Shown here: one piece after another, positions 14,001 to 27,380 of the stretch | Layout of the letters: each line of letters starts with the position of its first letter | Position numbering within the stretch: position 1 is the first letter of the stretch | Source: Hydrolagus colliei | Lineage: Eukaryota | DNA: 64,000 nt | NCBI GenBank assembly: GCA_035084275.1 | Contig: CM068754.1 | Span: 12,338,001-12,402,000, forward strand | Direction of reading: 5' to 3' | Notes under the pieces: generated by a model | Told to the model about the DNA's origin: nothing | What the model saw: the letters and a program-made list of their open reading frames with translations, nothing else | Databases searched by the model: none | Translations under genes and position numbers: made by a program

Positions 14001-15510
14001 AGTGATTGCATCCAAGGCAGCAAATGGACATCAGAAGTCGTCATGGTGCGTTGGGAAAAAAAACCCGTTATTGTTTTCCAAAAGTCAAGAGTGCATTTCA
14101 GAAAAAAACATGATACATAACTTCCAAACCAGGGAACAAAGCTAATCAACATTAGCTTTGCCTCAAATTCTGTTAATGCACTCACTTAAAATATTCCTCA
14201 GTAGGAAGTGCGACAACCATATCAGTGCATTATGGAAACATAATAGTTGCAAAGTTATCTTGGAAGCTACTGGCAATCCACACTTACTGTCAATGACTGG
14301 TATAAATAAATATGTTACCAGTGAATGTGTAATAAAAAGGGCCCCAAGAATCAAATATGATTTCCAACAGTTTGATTTAATTCAACTGCTGCCTGCTCAA
14401 TGTGTTAGGCAATTTTCCTGAAGCTATTTCAGTACAGATTGTGATTCTAAATATGCCATCCATAAAAAGCGATTAGATTAACAATAGCATTTATAAACCT
14501 GGGAAATTTGCAATGCTACACTATAGATCTTAAAATTAACATTTCAATCACTCTTTTTTGCAGTATTGTTGATGGAATAATCCTTCACAGGAAATTTCTG
14601 TTTCTTCAGTTACTATGTTAGTACAAATAAAATTGTCAATAAGTAGATCAAAGATATAAAATTTAACTGAAAGATACAAGCTCTTTAGATGACATAATTA
14701 AAATTATGTTCCATTTGTAATTTTTCAGTACTGATGAAGTACGATAGACCAAATTTAAGGAATAGAATCACTGAAGAAATCTAGCAGGACATAAGTGCAC
14801 AGCTGTTTTGTTTAAAATGTTCCTAGTTGTTTCCTCCTGTCGCATGGGTTATACTTACTAGTTTGACTTGTGCAATAAAATGAAAAAAATATATAGTTTG
14901 TCACGACTGTTCCAGATGTTAAGCCTCAAGCTTTAATTATGTCCCAAGAGTGAATTTATTCTCTTGGCATCATAGTTAAACTGTGTCCCCAATGCATGTT
15001 GAAATACAGTAAAAACATATTTTAGTCTATAACCTCTTTTGAAGTATGTCATGAAAGAGGAGGTGGAGTTTGTATTGATATGTATTGGCAATGGACTTGT
15101 GTTTGATTCACAGAATGGACCTGTCAGAAACCAGACAAAAATCACTGTCCTATGTACTTGTTCATCTCAGTCTACATCTCCTGCATCAAAATAACAAGTC
15201 TATAAACACACATTGTTGTTACCTGCAGCATATCCAGTTATATTTTTTGAAGAAGGAGCGCATTGACAACATCAGTTGTTTTGATTTGCTCTAAATGCAT
15301 AAGAAGCACCTTAAAGCAAACCTAAACATGTTGGAATAATTGGGCAATCAGACAGCTGCCAGTCAGCTGCAATCTCATAGAAATTTGGAGAGACTTGTTT
15401 ACCACAGAATGAGTGCCAGTTTGTTTGGTTTAGTTGAATTTTAATACTTCCAGCATGATTCTGCAATCAGTTAACGTATGGCACCAAACTGTATTCAAAA
15501 GGCAGCAAAT

Positions 15511-16170
15511 ATGGGGAAGGAGAGAGGGAAGAGTTAGTGGGAGAGCCGAAGGCACGGTTGAAGAGGAAGGTCTTGAGACCGGCCTTGAAGCAGGAAAGCA
15601 AGAAAGCAGGGTGGAGGAGCTGTGGGATGGAGTTCCACAGTGTGGGAGCAGAGAAGCTGAAAGCCCGGCCACTGATGGTTGGGCGGTTAGGCCGGTGGAT
15701 GCGGAGCAGCCCTGAGTCTGCTGAATGGAGGGGACGGGCAGGCTGATAGGGAGACAGTAGGTCAGAGAGATAGGCGGGGACAAGGCCGTGAATGGCCTTG
15801 AAAGTGAGGACAAGGATCTTGAATTCGATCCTCTGGGTGACGGGGAGCCAGTGGAGACGGGCGAGGGTGGGAGTGATGTGGTCCCAAAGCCTGGTGCAGG
15901 AGAGTACACGAGCTGCAGAATTCTGAATGATCTGCAGCCTGTGAAGGGAGGAGCTGGGAAGGCCGACAAGGAGAGAGTTCCATAGTCATGCCTGGAAGTG
16001 ATGAAGGTGTGGATGAGAGTTTTGGTGGCATGGGGGGTGAGGTAGTGGCGGAGCCTGGCAATATTGCGGAGGTGATGGAGCGGATGTGGGGGAGGAAGGA
16101 TAGTTCGGGGTCAAACAAGACGCCCAGATTCCTGATTGGCTTCAAGAGGTGGAGAGAGCAGCCTTGAACG
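15511..16170 (-). mobile_element. Older L2 fragment (3' part of ORF2, frameshifted)
   Basis: KPIRNLGVLFDPELSFLPHIR and clear nucleotide similarity to the 5.1-7.3 kb copies. Confidence 0.9.
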
Positions 16171-17361
16171 CAAAGCTATTGCAAAGCAATAATTCATTGC
16201 AAATCATTTTGATTATTGGCTACTATTATAAATAATATGTGCTCAATTACATTAACCGAGCAAATGAATCTGAAGGAATAGTATTAATCATGTGCTGCCT
16301 TCATTCAGGAACCTCCCAGCTCACTGTCCTCAGCTAATGCCTTTCTCAGTTGGCTAGGATGGTAATATCTGATAATGGAAGTCAGAACATTTGAGATGTT
16401 CATCAACATTGACAAGATTTCAGATTGGTTCTGTTGAACTACTTGGAGTTGAGCCCAGCATCTGCAGCGCGTTATCTAAAATTATAATTTTGTTTGGCCT
16501 GCTTCCATTCAGAAAACAAAGAGCTGTTTGACTGGTCACCTGAGACTGGTGAGGCTTGGTTTCAGGAAAGCTAGCTGTAAAACACAAGAAGCTTAGAGGC
16601 AGCTTCTAGACCAGCAATGGTCTGTCTCTGCACAACTAAGAAGCTTCACAATACATCTTCCATATTATGTCTTTGTGCCCAAAACATACTGAATGGGAAG
16701 AGTCATATGAGCAGATAATAATTTAGCCAGAAAAACTATGAACAAGTAATAACAAGTAACAGTCACCAGTTTTTTTTCTCTGAAGTGGGGGAAAAAAACA
16801 CTTAAGGGAAATTGGCAAGCAGAAACAAAATGGTTAATGTTATCAGGCAGGAAGTCGGAAAGCATTTTTTTTCACATTTGTCAGCCTAGTCAAATGGCAA
16901 AGCTAACAGTGCAGTAAATCACCCAAGTTTGGAAAGGGAACTACACAATCACAAGATAAATCAAGAAGAAATAGTTTGGTCAGTAGAAACTTGGGTCTTA
17001 AAATACAATAGATTATAAGATGATGGTGAAACAAAAATAAGGAGTTTTATCCCATTACATTTTCTGAAAATTGTTGTTCACTTTCAGTGTCCATCTGTTA
17101 CATCTATAGCGATTTTAATGTTATTAACTATTCATGAAATCGGCTGTGATAGAAAATGTAAGTGGTTTGTATTGTTCTAAGATAACAAGTTCAAAGAAAA
17201 AAAGTGCTTTTTGACAGGGCATTTGTAATGTGAAAAAATCCATTTTCTGACTTGCTGATATTCTTAGGAATACAATTTCAACTTGGCCCAGATCTGAGGG
17301 AATCTGTGCAGCTGTTACCCAAAAGTTTATACTTTCAAAAGAGGAGAAAATTGACAAAAGT

Positions 17362-17550
17362 TATAATAATCCAATTATTCGATGTTTTACATTGGGACGT
17401 CCTCCCGATGTGAAAGGCACTCTAGAAATGTAATTTTGTTGTTGTTGCATTACCAAGTCATTGAGATGTCTCAAAGCATTTTCACAGAATATACTGTAAG
17501 TGGCCTGGCTGTGTATATTGTGGGCACACTTATAGATCACAAATTTCCAT
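17362..17550. mobile_element. L2 stem-loop tail (+, 17392-17447) inserted within a SINE tail (-)
   Basis: tgggacgtcctcccgatgtgaaaggcac...(ttg)n is flanked by two halves of a minus-strand SINE tail. Confidence 0.65.
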
Positions 17551-19225
17551 AAGATTACGTGAATAACTCGTAGCTCCAATTAGAAGACATTCAAAATTAG
17601 CAAATAAATTCAATTTTTTTAAACAAGGCCTTCAGCATTATGAAACTTCATAATTTTGATAATGGATGTTGTAATACAGTATACTGTACTTGGCTACAAA
17701 CTACCAGAGCCAAGTACACACATGATGGCAGATTGACTTTAGGAATACTGTACAACTGTTTAATAACACAGGGGAAACATGTAAAGGCCTGGATCCTGCA
17801 TTCGGTTTCCTGAAACCCCTCTCACAACTTGCTTACTTGCATGTCCCTGGTCTCTCAGTCACTGTGTTTGGTGACCATGGCAACTTCTCCGAAACACCCC
17901 TGCCAATGTGGCTATGCTTCAGACTGCTTTTGTTCTCTCTGGTTCAGAAGTAAGGAAACAAGGGAGGATCCAGTCTCTGCATCTCCCCCTCAGTTACACT
18001 TCAAGGCGGCCTTGTGCAGTGACCTCATACCTTGGTTAAGCACATTACTGGACAGTCTGTTACAGTTTAAAATGTTTTTTTAATTGAACATAACTTTTTG
18101 TTCTATTATGCATGGTAAGATTTTCAAACATCTGTGACATGCAATATGGTGTTGTGAAACATTTGATCCTCTGGAGAAACGTATTGCAGATTTTTGATAA
18201 CAATCTATCAATTTTTAAGTAAATAAACTGAGCAATTTCCTTGTGTGCAGTCACAAAATATACCCAATATATTAATCTTGAGAGGCAATGGATTCGATAA
18301 AAGATCATTCTATGGGTAATGAATGGGGAGGGTGGGGGGGAGAAATAAAATTAACCAATTAGTTTCAAACTTCATTGTGTATCACTCGGTGAAGTGCTCA
18401 AGAAGGCAATGGTTTTGATGAATTACGCGGTAAGCGTAGGCAGCATGTGAAAATATTCTTTTGGTGGATGGGGCTGAGGGAGGGGTCAAAGGGCTATAGC
18501 TTTGGAGGGAGTGGGGGGATTGGCTGAGCTCCCACTAGCCCTCGCCACCTACCACCTATGGTGGTGATGCAGAGTGTCTCGTTGAGCATTCATCTACTGT
18601 GGGCACAGTTGTCTGGGCAGTTATCCATGTGTTGAAAGGCTAGCTTCCTTTTACTTCCAGTCAGTTTGGTGCTGCCACAGTCCTAGGAACAAACATTATA
18701 CACATAACAGTGCTGCTTTAGATTATACACCAGCTTCAGCTTTGCAGAATAGATAATACTTGACATTATCACTTTTAGACAGATGCTGCTTCGGCTTATA
18801 TGAGAACCCAAACAATATGATTACTTTATTCTATCATCTGAGCTCCCTTAAAAATCCACAATCGATGACATTCCAAGGTTGCTTACTTAAAACGATAAAC
18901 TGTTACTTTTATGGCTCTTTAGGCAGAAAAATCTCATATTGGAAAATAAATGACAGGCAATGATTGAATATTTTTCTCCATATCGGAGAACAAGCTTCAA
19001 ACCCTAAAATGACTCAATGCATTTCATTTATCAATCAAATTATTAAAAGATTGTTTTCCTTTACTCTATACCATTCACTTTGCTCCAGTAAAGAGAATAT
19101 CAGTTGTTGAACTAAAAAAATCTCACGTATATACAGTACAGAATTTGGATGTTTCTTACATGCATTGGAAATAAACTAAAACTGGTGCTGCTGTTAAGAG
19201 CAGAATTGATGTCTGAGACACAAAT

Positions 19226-19284
19226 AACAACAACAAAATTACATTTATGAAGCGCTTTTCATGTTGGGAGGACATCCCAAGGCG
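19226..19284 (-). mobile_element. L2 stem-loop-only tail
   Basis: (aac)n-aaaattacatttatgaagcgcttttcatgttgggaggacatcccaaggcg. Confidence 0.8.
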
Positions 19285-19699
19285 GTGAATTATGGTAGCA
19301 CTGATTAAATGAATATTGTTTTCAAAACTAGTTTCGTTTGTAAGTTTTTCTCTGGCAATGACGACACAAGAATGGTAGACAACTAGGAGGCAACACGTTG
19401 CACTTAAATAGCAGTAGAGCTGTGTGAAATGTGAAAGAAATGCAAACACCCACTCACATAGACAGGCCTGCAGAGATAAACTTCCCTGAAGGATGATACA
19501 GTACTCCTCCTGCTCATTCCGCAACAAAACAAATCAAAAATTTTTTTTTTGCATATCCTTATTCCCGTTAATTAAAAAGAGCTTTTAACAAGTGGAATGG
19601 TGCTGTAAAAGAAGTATTAAAGTTAAAATGACTGTCAGAAATGCCTATTTTCCCAGAATATATACTAACATGATTTGTAAGTTAAATATTATGTGGGGG

Positions 19700-19865
19700 T
19701 GGGACTTGAAAAGGGGGAGAGAGGGGGCAAGGGGGAAAGAGTTGAGAGACAGTGTTCCACAGTTTTGGGGAGTAGTATCTTAAAAGCATGACCTCCAAAG
19801 GTAGAGCAGAGGGTCGGAGGGATGAGCAGGAGGCCGGTGCCAGTTGAGCGGAGGCACCGGGGATG
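19700..19865 (-). mobile_element. Old L2 3' ORF fragment
   Basis: Purine-rich segment similar to 5250-5400 (ttccacag, cctcc, gttgagcggagg). Confidence 0.6.
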
Positions 19866-20609
19866 GATTGAGAATGAGGAGGGTCAGATCCAACTGATAG
19901 CGTTGTATAAAACGGTAACTAAATATACTAAATTAAGCTGATTATTCATGAATGTTGTTAATCTATGCATATATTGTAAACTGCCAATTGTGAAAGTAAT
20001 TTTTTCATTGGTCAGGATTATAATCCATCAAAATTTGCCTTTGACAAATGAACTATCAAAACATTCACTGCATTTAATACAAGTTATACACATTAACGCA
20101 TCTTTGTCAGAGATAAATATCTAATGAAATACATAATGAATCACCTTGTAAGCAAGGTTGTTAGAGCAAAAAATTAAATGTATCAATTTATCAGAAGCAG
20201 TGCTAAATTAAATGTTTCAACTCAGCAAAGTACTTAATTATGGAAATAACATTTCTACAAATGAATGCAACATTACGTGCATACCAGAACTCACAGTAAA
20301 GATTTGGCTGGATGGATCTTTGGCTCAGTTAATGTTTTCTGATTGTTTTCCAAATTAGAAAGAGACACTCTGCTTCGAAAAGAAACTGACATGAAACACT
20401 ACGATGTTTCAATGTAAAGGTTACATTAAATTAAACATGATGTCTCAAATGCACATACTTTCTAGAAATCAAATTTAAATGTCTTCCATTCAACATCCTG
20501 CAGTTTCACAATTAAGTCCAAAGCCAAGCCTCTCGATGTTTATCCAGTCATATCTCGTAATTATACATCCAATAGTAGATGCATAATTACGATCCTCATT
20601 GCTTTCTTC

Positions 20610-21160
20610 TTGGTTAGGCCTCAGGAAGCATACTGTGTTCAGTTCTGGGTGCCACACATTAGGAAGGATGTCAAGGTATTGGCGAAGGTGCAAAGGAGAT
20701 TTATCAGAGTGTTATCAGGAATGAGGGACTTCATCAGGAGATGGTTGGAGAAGCTAGGATTATTCTCCTTGGAACAGACAAGGTTAAGAGGAGACCTAAA
20801 TTAAATAATATCAGGGGATTTGATAGGGTGAACAGGGAGAAACTATTTCCACTGGTGAGTGGGTCAGTAACCTAAGGACACTGATTTAAAATAATTGTTG
20901 GAAGAAGCAGAGGGGAGGAGTGGAGAAATAGTTTTCACGCAGCGAATTGTTCAGATCAGGAATGCATTGTCTGAAAAGGTGGTGGAAACCGATTTAATAA
21001 CAACTTCTAAGAGAGAAGTAGATAATTATATAGGGAGGACAAGTTTGCAGGGCTATGGGGAGAGCGTGGGGGAGTAGGATTGATTTGGACAGCTTTTATC
21101 AAAGAGCCAGCACAGACACGATGGACCAACTGGACTTTTTCCTGGTCTGAATAATACTAT
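20610..21160 (+). mobile_element. CR1-clade LINE 3' fragment
   Basis: [47 protein letters not shown]: typical CR1 ORF2 C-terminus, followed by a CR1-like 3' UTR. Confidence 0.9.
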
Positions 21161-22375
21161 ACTCAGCAATTGCTTTAGGACATGGGCAGTCAACATATGC
21201 CACAATAACCAGAACTGTACAATGTTTTTTTTAAGTGCAGTCTAACTAGAGAACTACAGAGCTTCAGTTTGACTACCGCAAAATTTAATTAAATTAATTT
21301 GAAAGCATTCTACTATCAACTAAAATTTCTTGGGCTCTTTCAACTTAGTCAATAAAATACAATACTATTTGATCCATGAAGGTAATGTTCATTGTATTCT
21401 TACTTTCAATAGACATTGAATTGTCCATATTTAATTTGCTATTGTTTCTGAGTCCCTTTCCTCACTTGTCAACACCATTTTTGTTTAATCTGCTGTTGTA
21501 TAATTTTGTATTGGGCATATGAAGAACACTTTTAAAAGTTTAATTGCCATCCCACTTTAAAACATCTCTTCAGATTTGTTTAGTGGAATCAAGGTTAGTA
21601 TTCTTTTTAGAAAACAAACTTTTTCTGCACTAAATGACATTTGCCAAATATTTAAACAGGTGCTGTTCTAAAACCAAATCCATTTCAACAAATCTTTTTT
21701 ACTATGAACTTCAGCTGAAACAACTTATGTTGCTTATGTAAATTTGATTCTTATTTTATTGGCTATCAGACAGACAATGAATGGTATAAGAGATATTAGC
21801 GGTACACATCATAGCCTGTGAAAAAACTAATTTCTCTTGTCAAATGTATGAAAGAACAGATCATTGATTAATCTGATCCTAATATATTGTAATCATTAGC
21901 TTCCAAAGCAAAAAAAAACTACCTGTTACCCTTCTACCATGTTTAATAAAATGTCTCTATAACCACTTTAATATACGCCACTGGGGTTTAAATTATGGAT
22001 TGGGTTAACTATATGTAACTACATGTGTACAGAAAGAATGACTGATGTCCCTAATTATGTAATTAATAACAATCGAGAGGATTACAGATTTGCTGGTTAG
22101 TAATTTCCTAATTGAGCACCTGTAAATCTCTCTGTACCCATGGTTAAACGAATCCATAAATGAAACGAGCATATTAAATGATTAATTGCTATTATAATGA
22201 GTTTTTTTCATTAGGTAAAATATTTAATGTGCAATTAATTTACACACAGATGATGTGAGTATTTATTCATAATATGAATCTAAATATAGGCTTGTGGTCA
22301 TTAAAATGCTGCAGTTTTGCTTCTTATAGATGAGGGTTCAGTCTCACTTGGGATATGGTAATAAAGTGCTATCAG

Positions 22376-22598
22376 GCAGGGAAAAATCTTGGGCAAGTTT
22401 CCTTATTCCCCATACCTAATAATAATCCCTCCAAAAACAATTGGTCAATTCAATCCATGACTGTTTGTGGGATACTGCTGGCTGCCGTGTTTCACAGATA
22501 GGTATATGCTCAATTCACTTTGCAGTATATACTGTGAAGCGCCTTGAGAAGTCTAGAAGAAACGATAAAGCACTATATCAAATGCAAGGATTATTATT
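22376..22598 (+). mobile_element. SINE short variant lacking most of the head
   Basis: cttgggcaagtttccttatt...aataataatccctcc...gcaaggattattatt. Confidence 0.85.
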
Positions 22599-24042
22599 TT
22601 AACTGAAGAGTGGAGAGTGTAAAGGATGTATTTATCTTGGTAGCCAGTGACACTCATGCTGGATTTCAATAGCTGCATGCACAGTTGGCACAACTATTGA
22701 CTTCACACCAGTTCAACTTCAAAAGAAGTCTGGATACCAATGCAATAAATTTGAATCACTACACTGGCATTCCTCTTTTGTGTGGAGTCACTGAGGGAGA
22801 TCATAACCTCCTCTGGTGTCAGTTGCAACACCTATTTATACTGCACTTAAGTTGATGTATTGTCTCACTGATGATGGGGGACTGCCAAGTTACTTCTGAG
22901 GTGTCACCTCTGGGGGATTCACTCAAACAGAAATCTGGCACCGAGAAGTGAAAGCTTTTAATCATAAAATCTTGTTTGTCACAATTTTTTTTCACTCTAA
23001 TCAGATCAAGCCAAGCTACTTGTAAAGCACGAGACAGATCAATATCTCATTTCAGCGATTAGCACTGTGACGACATTTTATTTTCCCTCTACAAAATTAT
23101 TCTCATTCGGGGCTGATGAGATTTCTATAATTGCAAAACTGACTTCACATTCGGTTTGATTTGAAACTCTAGGGCAGTATACTTTATGAATATGCAACAA
23201 AGCATATACCTTTTCATGCATACATAATTAGATGTACAGTGTGACCAAACAGGCGTGGTATCTAGCTTATTATATTTAAAAAATAAGTTATTTAAGACTT
23301 ATTCGACATTGTAAATGTATCACAAGGTTTTTGATCACCCGATAAATTTCTTCGTGTATGCACTCTCAATATTTAGATCTCCCACCGGTTTAAAGCTAGT
23401 GTATGAGGCATACGATCAGGTCATTGAAAACAGCCCTAGCAAGAATTTCTAAACTTTTTTCAACTTGTTTTTGAAATCAGCTGTAGTACAAAGCCAATGT
23501 ACATTATCTAAACCCTCATTATAGCCTGATAAAATCACTCTCAGGTGCCCATTAATTCTCTACATAACATATTAAAAATAAAGTACATTGTTAAAATGTT
23601 TTCCTATAAATAAGGTTTCGCTATTTAAAAAATGTAATTTCAGTGCTGTCTGCACAATAAAATGTCTGAATTGAAATTAGGACCAGATGGTGGTTACTGT
23701 ATATGTTTTCTCCCCAAAATCTTGTTCTTAATGAGCTTTCTGGATCTGCCATTGATTTACTGGAAGTACATTTCACTTAGTGGGCTAAAACCAGTCACAA
23801 TGTTTAGCAAAAGAAAAAAAAGCTCTTGTTCTAATGGTCAAATTTTCATATTTGATTTATAAACCAGATTTGTAATGTCTAAATAATATGCTTTGTGGGT
23901 GGTTGATGTGACCATATTTACAGCAGTAGGGATGGAAGACTAATTATTTAATTGTAGAGATCTATATAATTTTCTATTTGATATAGCAAAGTGGAAAAAG
24001 AACCAACTTGATTTTTCTCTGTCAAACATGTATATGTCAGCT

Positions 24043-24453
24043 GTCAGCCTTGCTGATTGGTAGCATTCGTGTTTCTGAGTACCTAGGTTGTGGGTTCAAG
24101 CCCCAAATTGCGACTTTGCACTCAGCTTGATTTGAAATTCGAATGCAGTACTGTAGGAGGATTGTATTATTACATGTGATATCCATCAGGTGAGATGCTG
24201 AATGTACCTGGCTGTTTAGGTGGAAGTTAAAGATCCATTGCTACTATTAAATAGCGAAGAGTTTTTCACAATGTTCTTGCCAACAATCCCCAAATTAAGA
24301 TTGACCATTCATATAATTGACTGTTTGTGTGACATTATTGTGCATAAATTGGGCAGTCTGCAAAATGAGGTCACTATACTTTACAGCAAATCATGTGAAT
24401 CAGACATCTTTGTGACATGAAAGGCGCTGTATCAAATGCACGGACTATTATTA
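24043..24453 (+). mobile_element. SacSINE1/DeuSINE-like SINE, near full length, diverged
   Basis: tRNA-like head (tggtagc...ggttcaagccc), Deu-domain-like tgcagtactg..ggag and aggtggaagttaaagatccattgctacta, L2-type tail gaaaggcgctgtatcaaatgca. Family call is from recalled consensus. Confidence 0.75.
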
Positions 24454-25164
24454 CTTTTATTATATGGAGGTTATCAAACTCAGAGCTGAATGACAAATGG
24501 TTACTTGATGCATAGACTATAGTCACAACACTGGTTTTGTGTTTTACGCAGTCTTTTACAAGATCCTGTATTATCATAAGGTTCACATTGTGCACATAGA
24601 TTAACTTAATTTAAGAAATCATTGATAAAGCTTCTTGGTTCTGCTGCTAGATAATTTTAATAATCAGTTCCCAGGTTGACCAGTACTTTTTTTTCCCGAG
24701 AAAATATGTTTATATTTCTACGTGAGACTGTTTCACACTTTTTTTGCAGATAGGATTTGAAACACTTGTAACAGTTGAAATTCAGTGCACACTGTGAATC
24801 TAAGTGAATAGCAGCAGCTATGTAGAGTGATATCTTATTTGTGGGAGCATCAGGCATGAAAATAATTATTTTCAAATCTGAAACCTGTCATTCCTGAAAG
24901 AACATTCGTCACTCCATTAGTAACACCCAACGTTACATTTCATCTTTCATTACAAGTAGAACAGTCGCCTTTCAACAATGTTGACTAGCATTGACCATGC
25001 AATGTGCTTTGAAGAGTCAACTATTTAAGGGTATGACTGCCAGACCGATTTGCATCTTTCTGTTGATTTGGATGGATCTGGGCCCAGTGTCAGACTGTGA
25101 TGTGGAAGCGTGAATATTGGCTGTATGTTGCTGCTCTCTCATTCAACATCACCTGCATGAAGTA

Positions 25165-25340
25165 AAACAACAATATTACACTTGTATAGTGCCTTTCACA
25201 TCAGGAGGACGTCCCAAGGCGCTGGACAGTCACTGCTTCAGACCTGAGCGGAGGACGGGTGGGGGGGATGGGGGGGGGGAGGACGGACGGATGGGGGGAA
25301 GGAGTGGTGGGGGGTGAGAGGGAGGGAAGGGGGGGACGGT
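25165..25340 (-). mobile_element. L2 3' end with G-rich low-complexity tract
   Basis: gcctttcacatcaggaggacgtcccaaggcgctggacagtc followed by G runs. Confidence 0.75.
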
Positions 25341-26147
25341 AGTTTTTATCTCCTATTCCCAATACAGTACTTCTAAATCAAGAACAATTACTTCAGTGGA
25401 GCAAATGAATTAGAGACGAGTAAATCAGTTCTTTCTCCACAAATTGCCTGCTGTCTTCCCCTACAAATACATTACACTTTACACTAAAATATTTTAAAAT
25501 AAACAAAGCAAAGGTATCTCAATGATTTCTCTGTTGATTTTTCAGTTATGAGGGAATGGTGTTTGAATTAAATTTAAAAAAATTGAAGAGCTAGTTATCT
25601 ATATGTATTAGACTGATTTATAAGATCCACAAAAGAAATTTAATTTAAAAAAAATCACTTTATCATTGAATGGTATATATAGCAAATGAACTCAGAATTG
25701 GCAAGCTCCAGAATCAGTCGTATAATATGTATGAATTCAGTGATGGTGCAGGTCACCATTTAAGGAACTGAAGAGATTGTTCAAATAATTTAAATGAGAT
25801 AGGAAACAAGCTAGGATAAATTTGTCAGGATACAGCTGGTAAAATTGGCTGGGGACTTTGTCTTGGCACTGGTCCAAGAAATTATGTCTGCTTTCAATTA
25901 TGGTTTCTACTGTGGTGGATTTATTTCTCTTCTACATCCAGCCCATCAGTATATTGGAAGTTGAGTGGAAAGTGCTGTTCAAAGTACATTCCAGATTATT
26001 GCTGTATGATAGACACTAGACAATCCAATGCCAGCAGCTGAGAGGACTTTTTACAAGCCCAAATACATCTAGGATACGGACCCTATTGTATGAAGGAAAT
26101 CTATGTATACAGAATTTAGAACTGTACACTTAGAATCTGAAGCAATC

Positions 26148-26221
26148 AATCCAATTCATCCATCAATCTGTCAATTGACCAATGTTTTGATCAGTTGACA
26201 CATTGATGGATGAATTGGATT
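26148..26221. repeat. Inverted repeat, 35-bp arms, 4-nt loop
   Basis: aatccaattcatccatcaatctgtcaattgaccaa-tgtt-ttgatcagttgacacattgatggatgaattggatt; 32 of 35 positions are Watson-Crick pairs. Confidence 0.95.
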
Positions 26222-27244
26222 CAAACATTCTTAGAAGAAACATCTTTCCCATTGGGAAAGTGTACATACATCTAATATATACCAATTAATGAAAAACATA
26301 ATAATGAAATTTGCTGAGCTGGAGATTTACCATGATTGATTGGGTCACTTGTACTCTCATTCGAAAGATATTACAAACCTAGTTGTCATAATAGAATCAA
26401 TATGAAGGTTTTTGAAAATATGAGAAATGTTGAAAATTAAAATTTTGGATTGATAGAATGTCTGAAGTGCTTCACAAGGTTTACAACAATATAGCAACTG
26501 TGTAATTTTGCAGGCGAACAAAATAAAGGGCAAATGATTCATATGGCCTGAGATTGCTCAAGGCTGTGTAGTATTCATAGATAATTTAAACATGTTTGTA
26601 TCGGTGTCAATGCCATGGTATCCAGGTTTAATTTATTCAGTAACTCAATATTTCGGTAATTATGAAGAGTGATGCTTAAGAACTGTAAATCTGTAATAAA
26701 TTTGGAAGAGCAGGATGAGGAAAAAGGCTTAAGGGCAATCCCAATAAAAGCAGCTGTGTTTAGAAATTAATAAGGAAGAATGCAACAAAATCTGGAACTA
26801 CTTTCCTATTTACATAATACATACATTATATATGTACATATATTATATATTATGCATATATAAATACAAGGCTGACATCCAACCAGTTTGCCCAGACCAA
26901 TATTAATATATATTTACTCCATTGACCAATTCAGAACTGAATCTTTCTAGTAATTCACTCAAAACATTATATAACTGTAGCAATAACTATATTACACACA
27001 ATCTTTGTGTAACCCACACAGCATTCTGACACAAAGCATAGTTACTGCTACAGTTATACAATGTTTAATTTTAAAATGAGCTAGAAATATTGGCTTTGGC
27101 CTGCAAGAATGCTGTTCCCCAGTGTGTTTACTATAGGAATAAAAATCAATTGTGAGAAAATCCTGAGGATTAAAGTAAAACCTCTAAATTTTTGGGGTGG
27201 GGGGCAGAATTTGGAGGGAAAGACTGAAAGAATTAGCTCCCATC

Positions 27245-27380
27245 AAGAGCAAGGCCTATCGTAGGCAAGATTTCTTACTCCACACACAAGCCTCTGTTTA
27301 CCCAGCAGTAAGTAGGAATCTGCTTATAAGCCAATTGGTAGACTGTTTATCTGTGGATGGTAATCATTTCAAAAAAAAGG
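27245..27380 (+). mobile_element. SINE long-variant internal fragment
   Basis: ggcaagatttcttactccacac...gcctctgtttacccagcagtaagtagg, similar to 55795-55850. Confidence 0.65.

Noticed and set aside
23110-23145. Hammerhead-like ctgatgag motif
   Set aside because: No GAAA core or stem II pairing.
25526-25547. ~21-nt near-copy (opposite strand) of the FGF13 last-exon acceptor, tttctctgttgatttttcagtt
   Set aside because: Low-complexity pyrimidine sequence, no exon homology follows, and it lies outside the predicted transcript.
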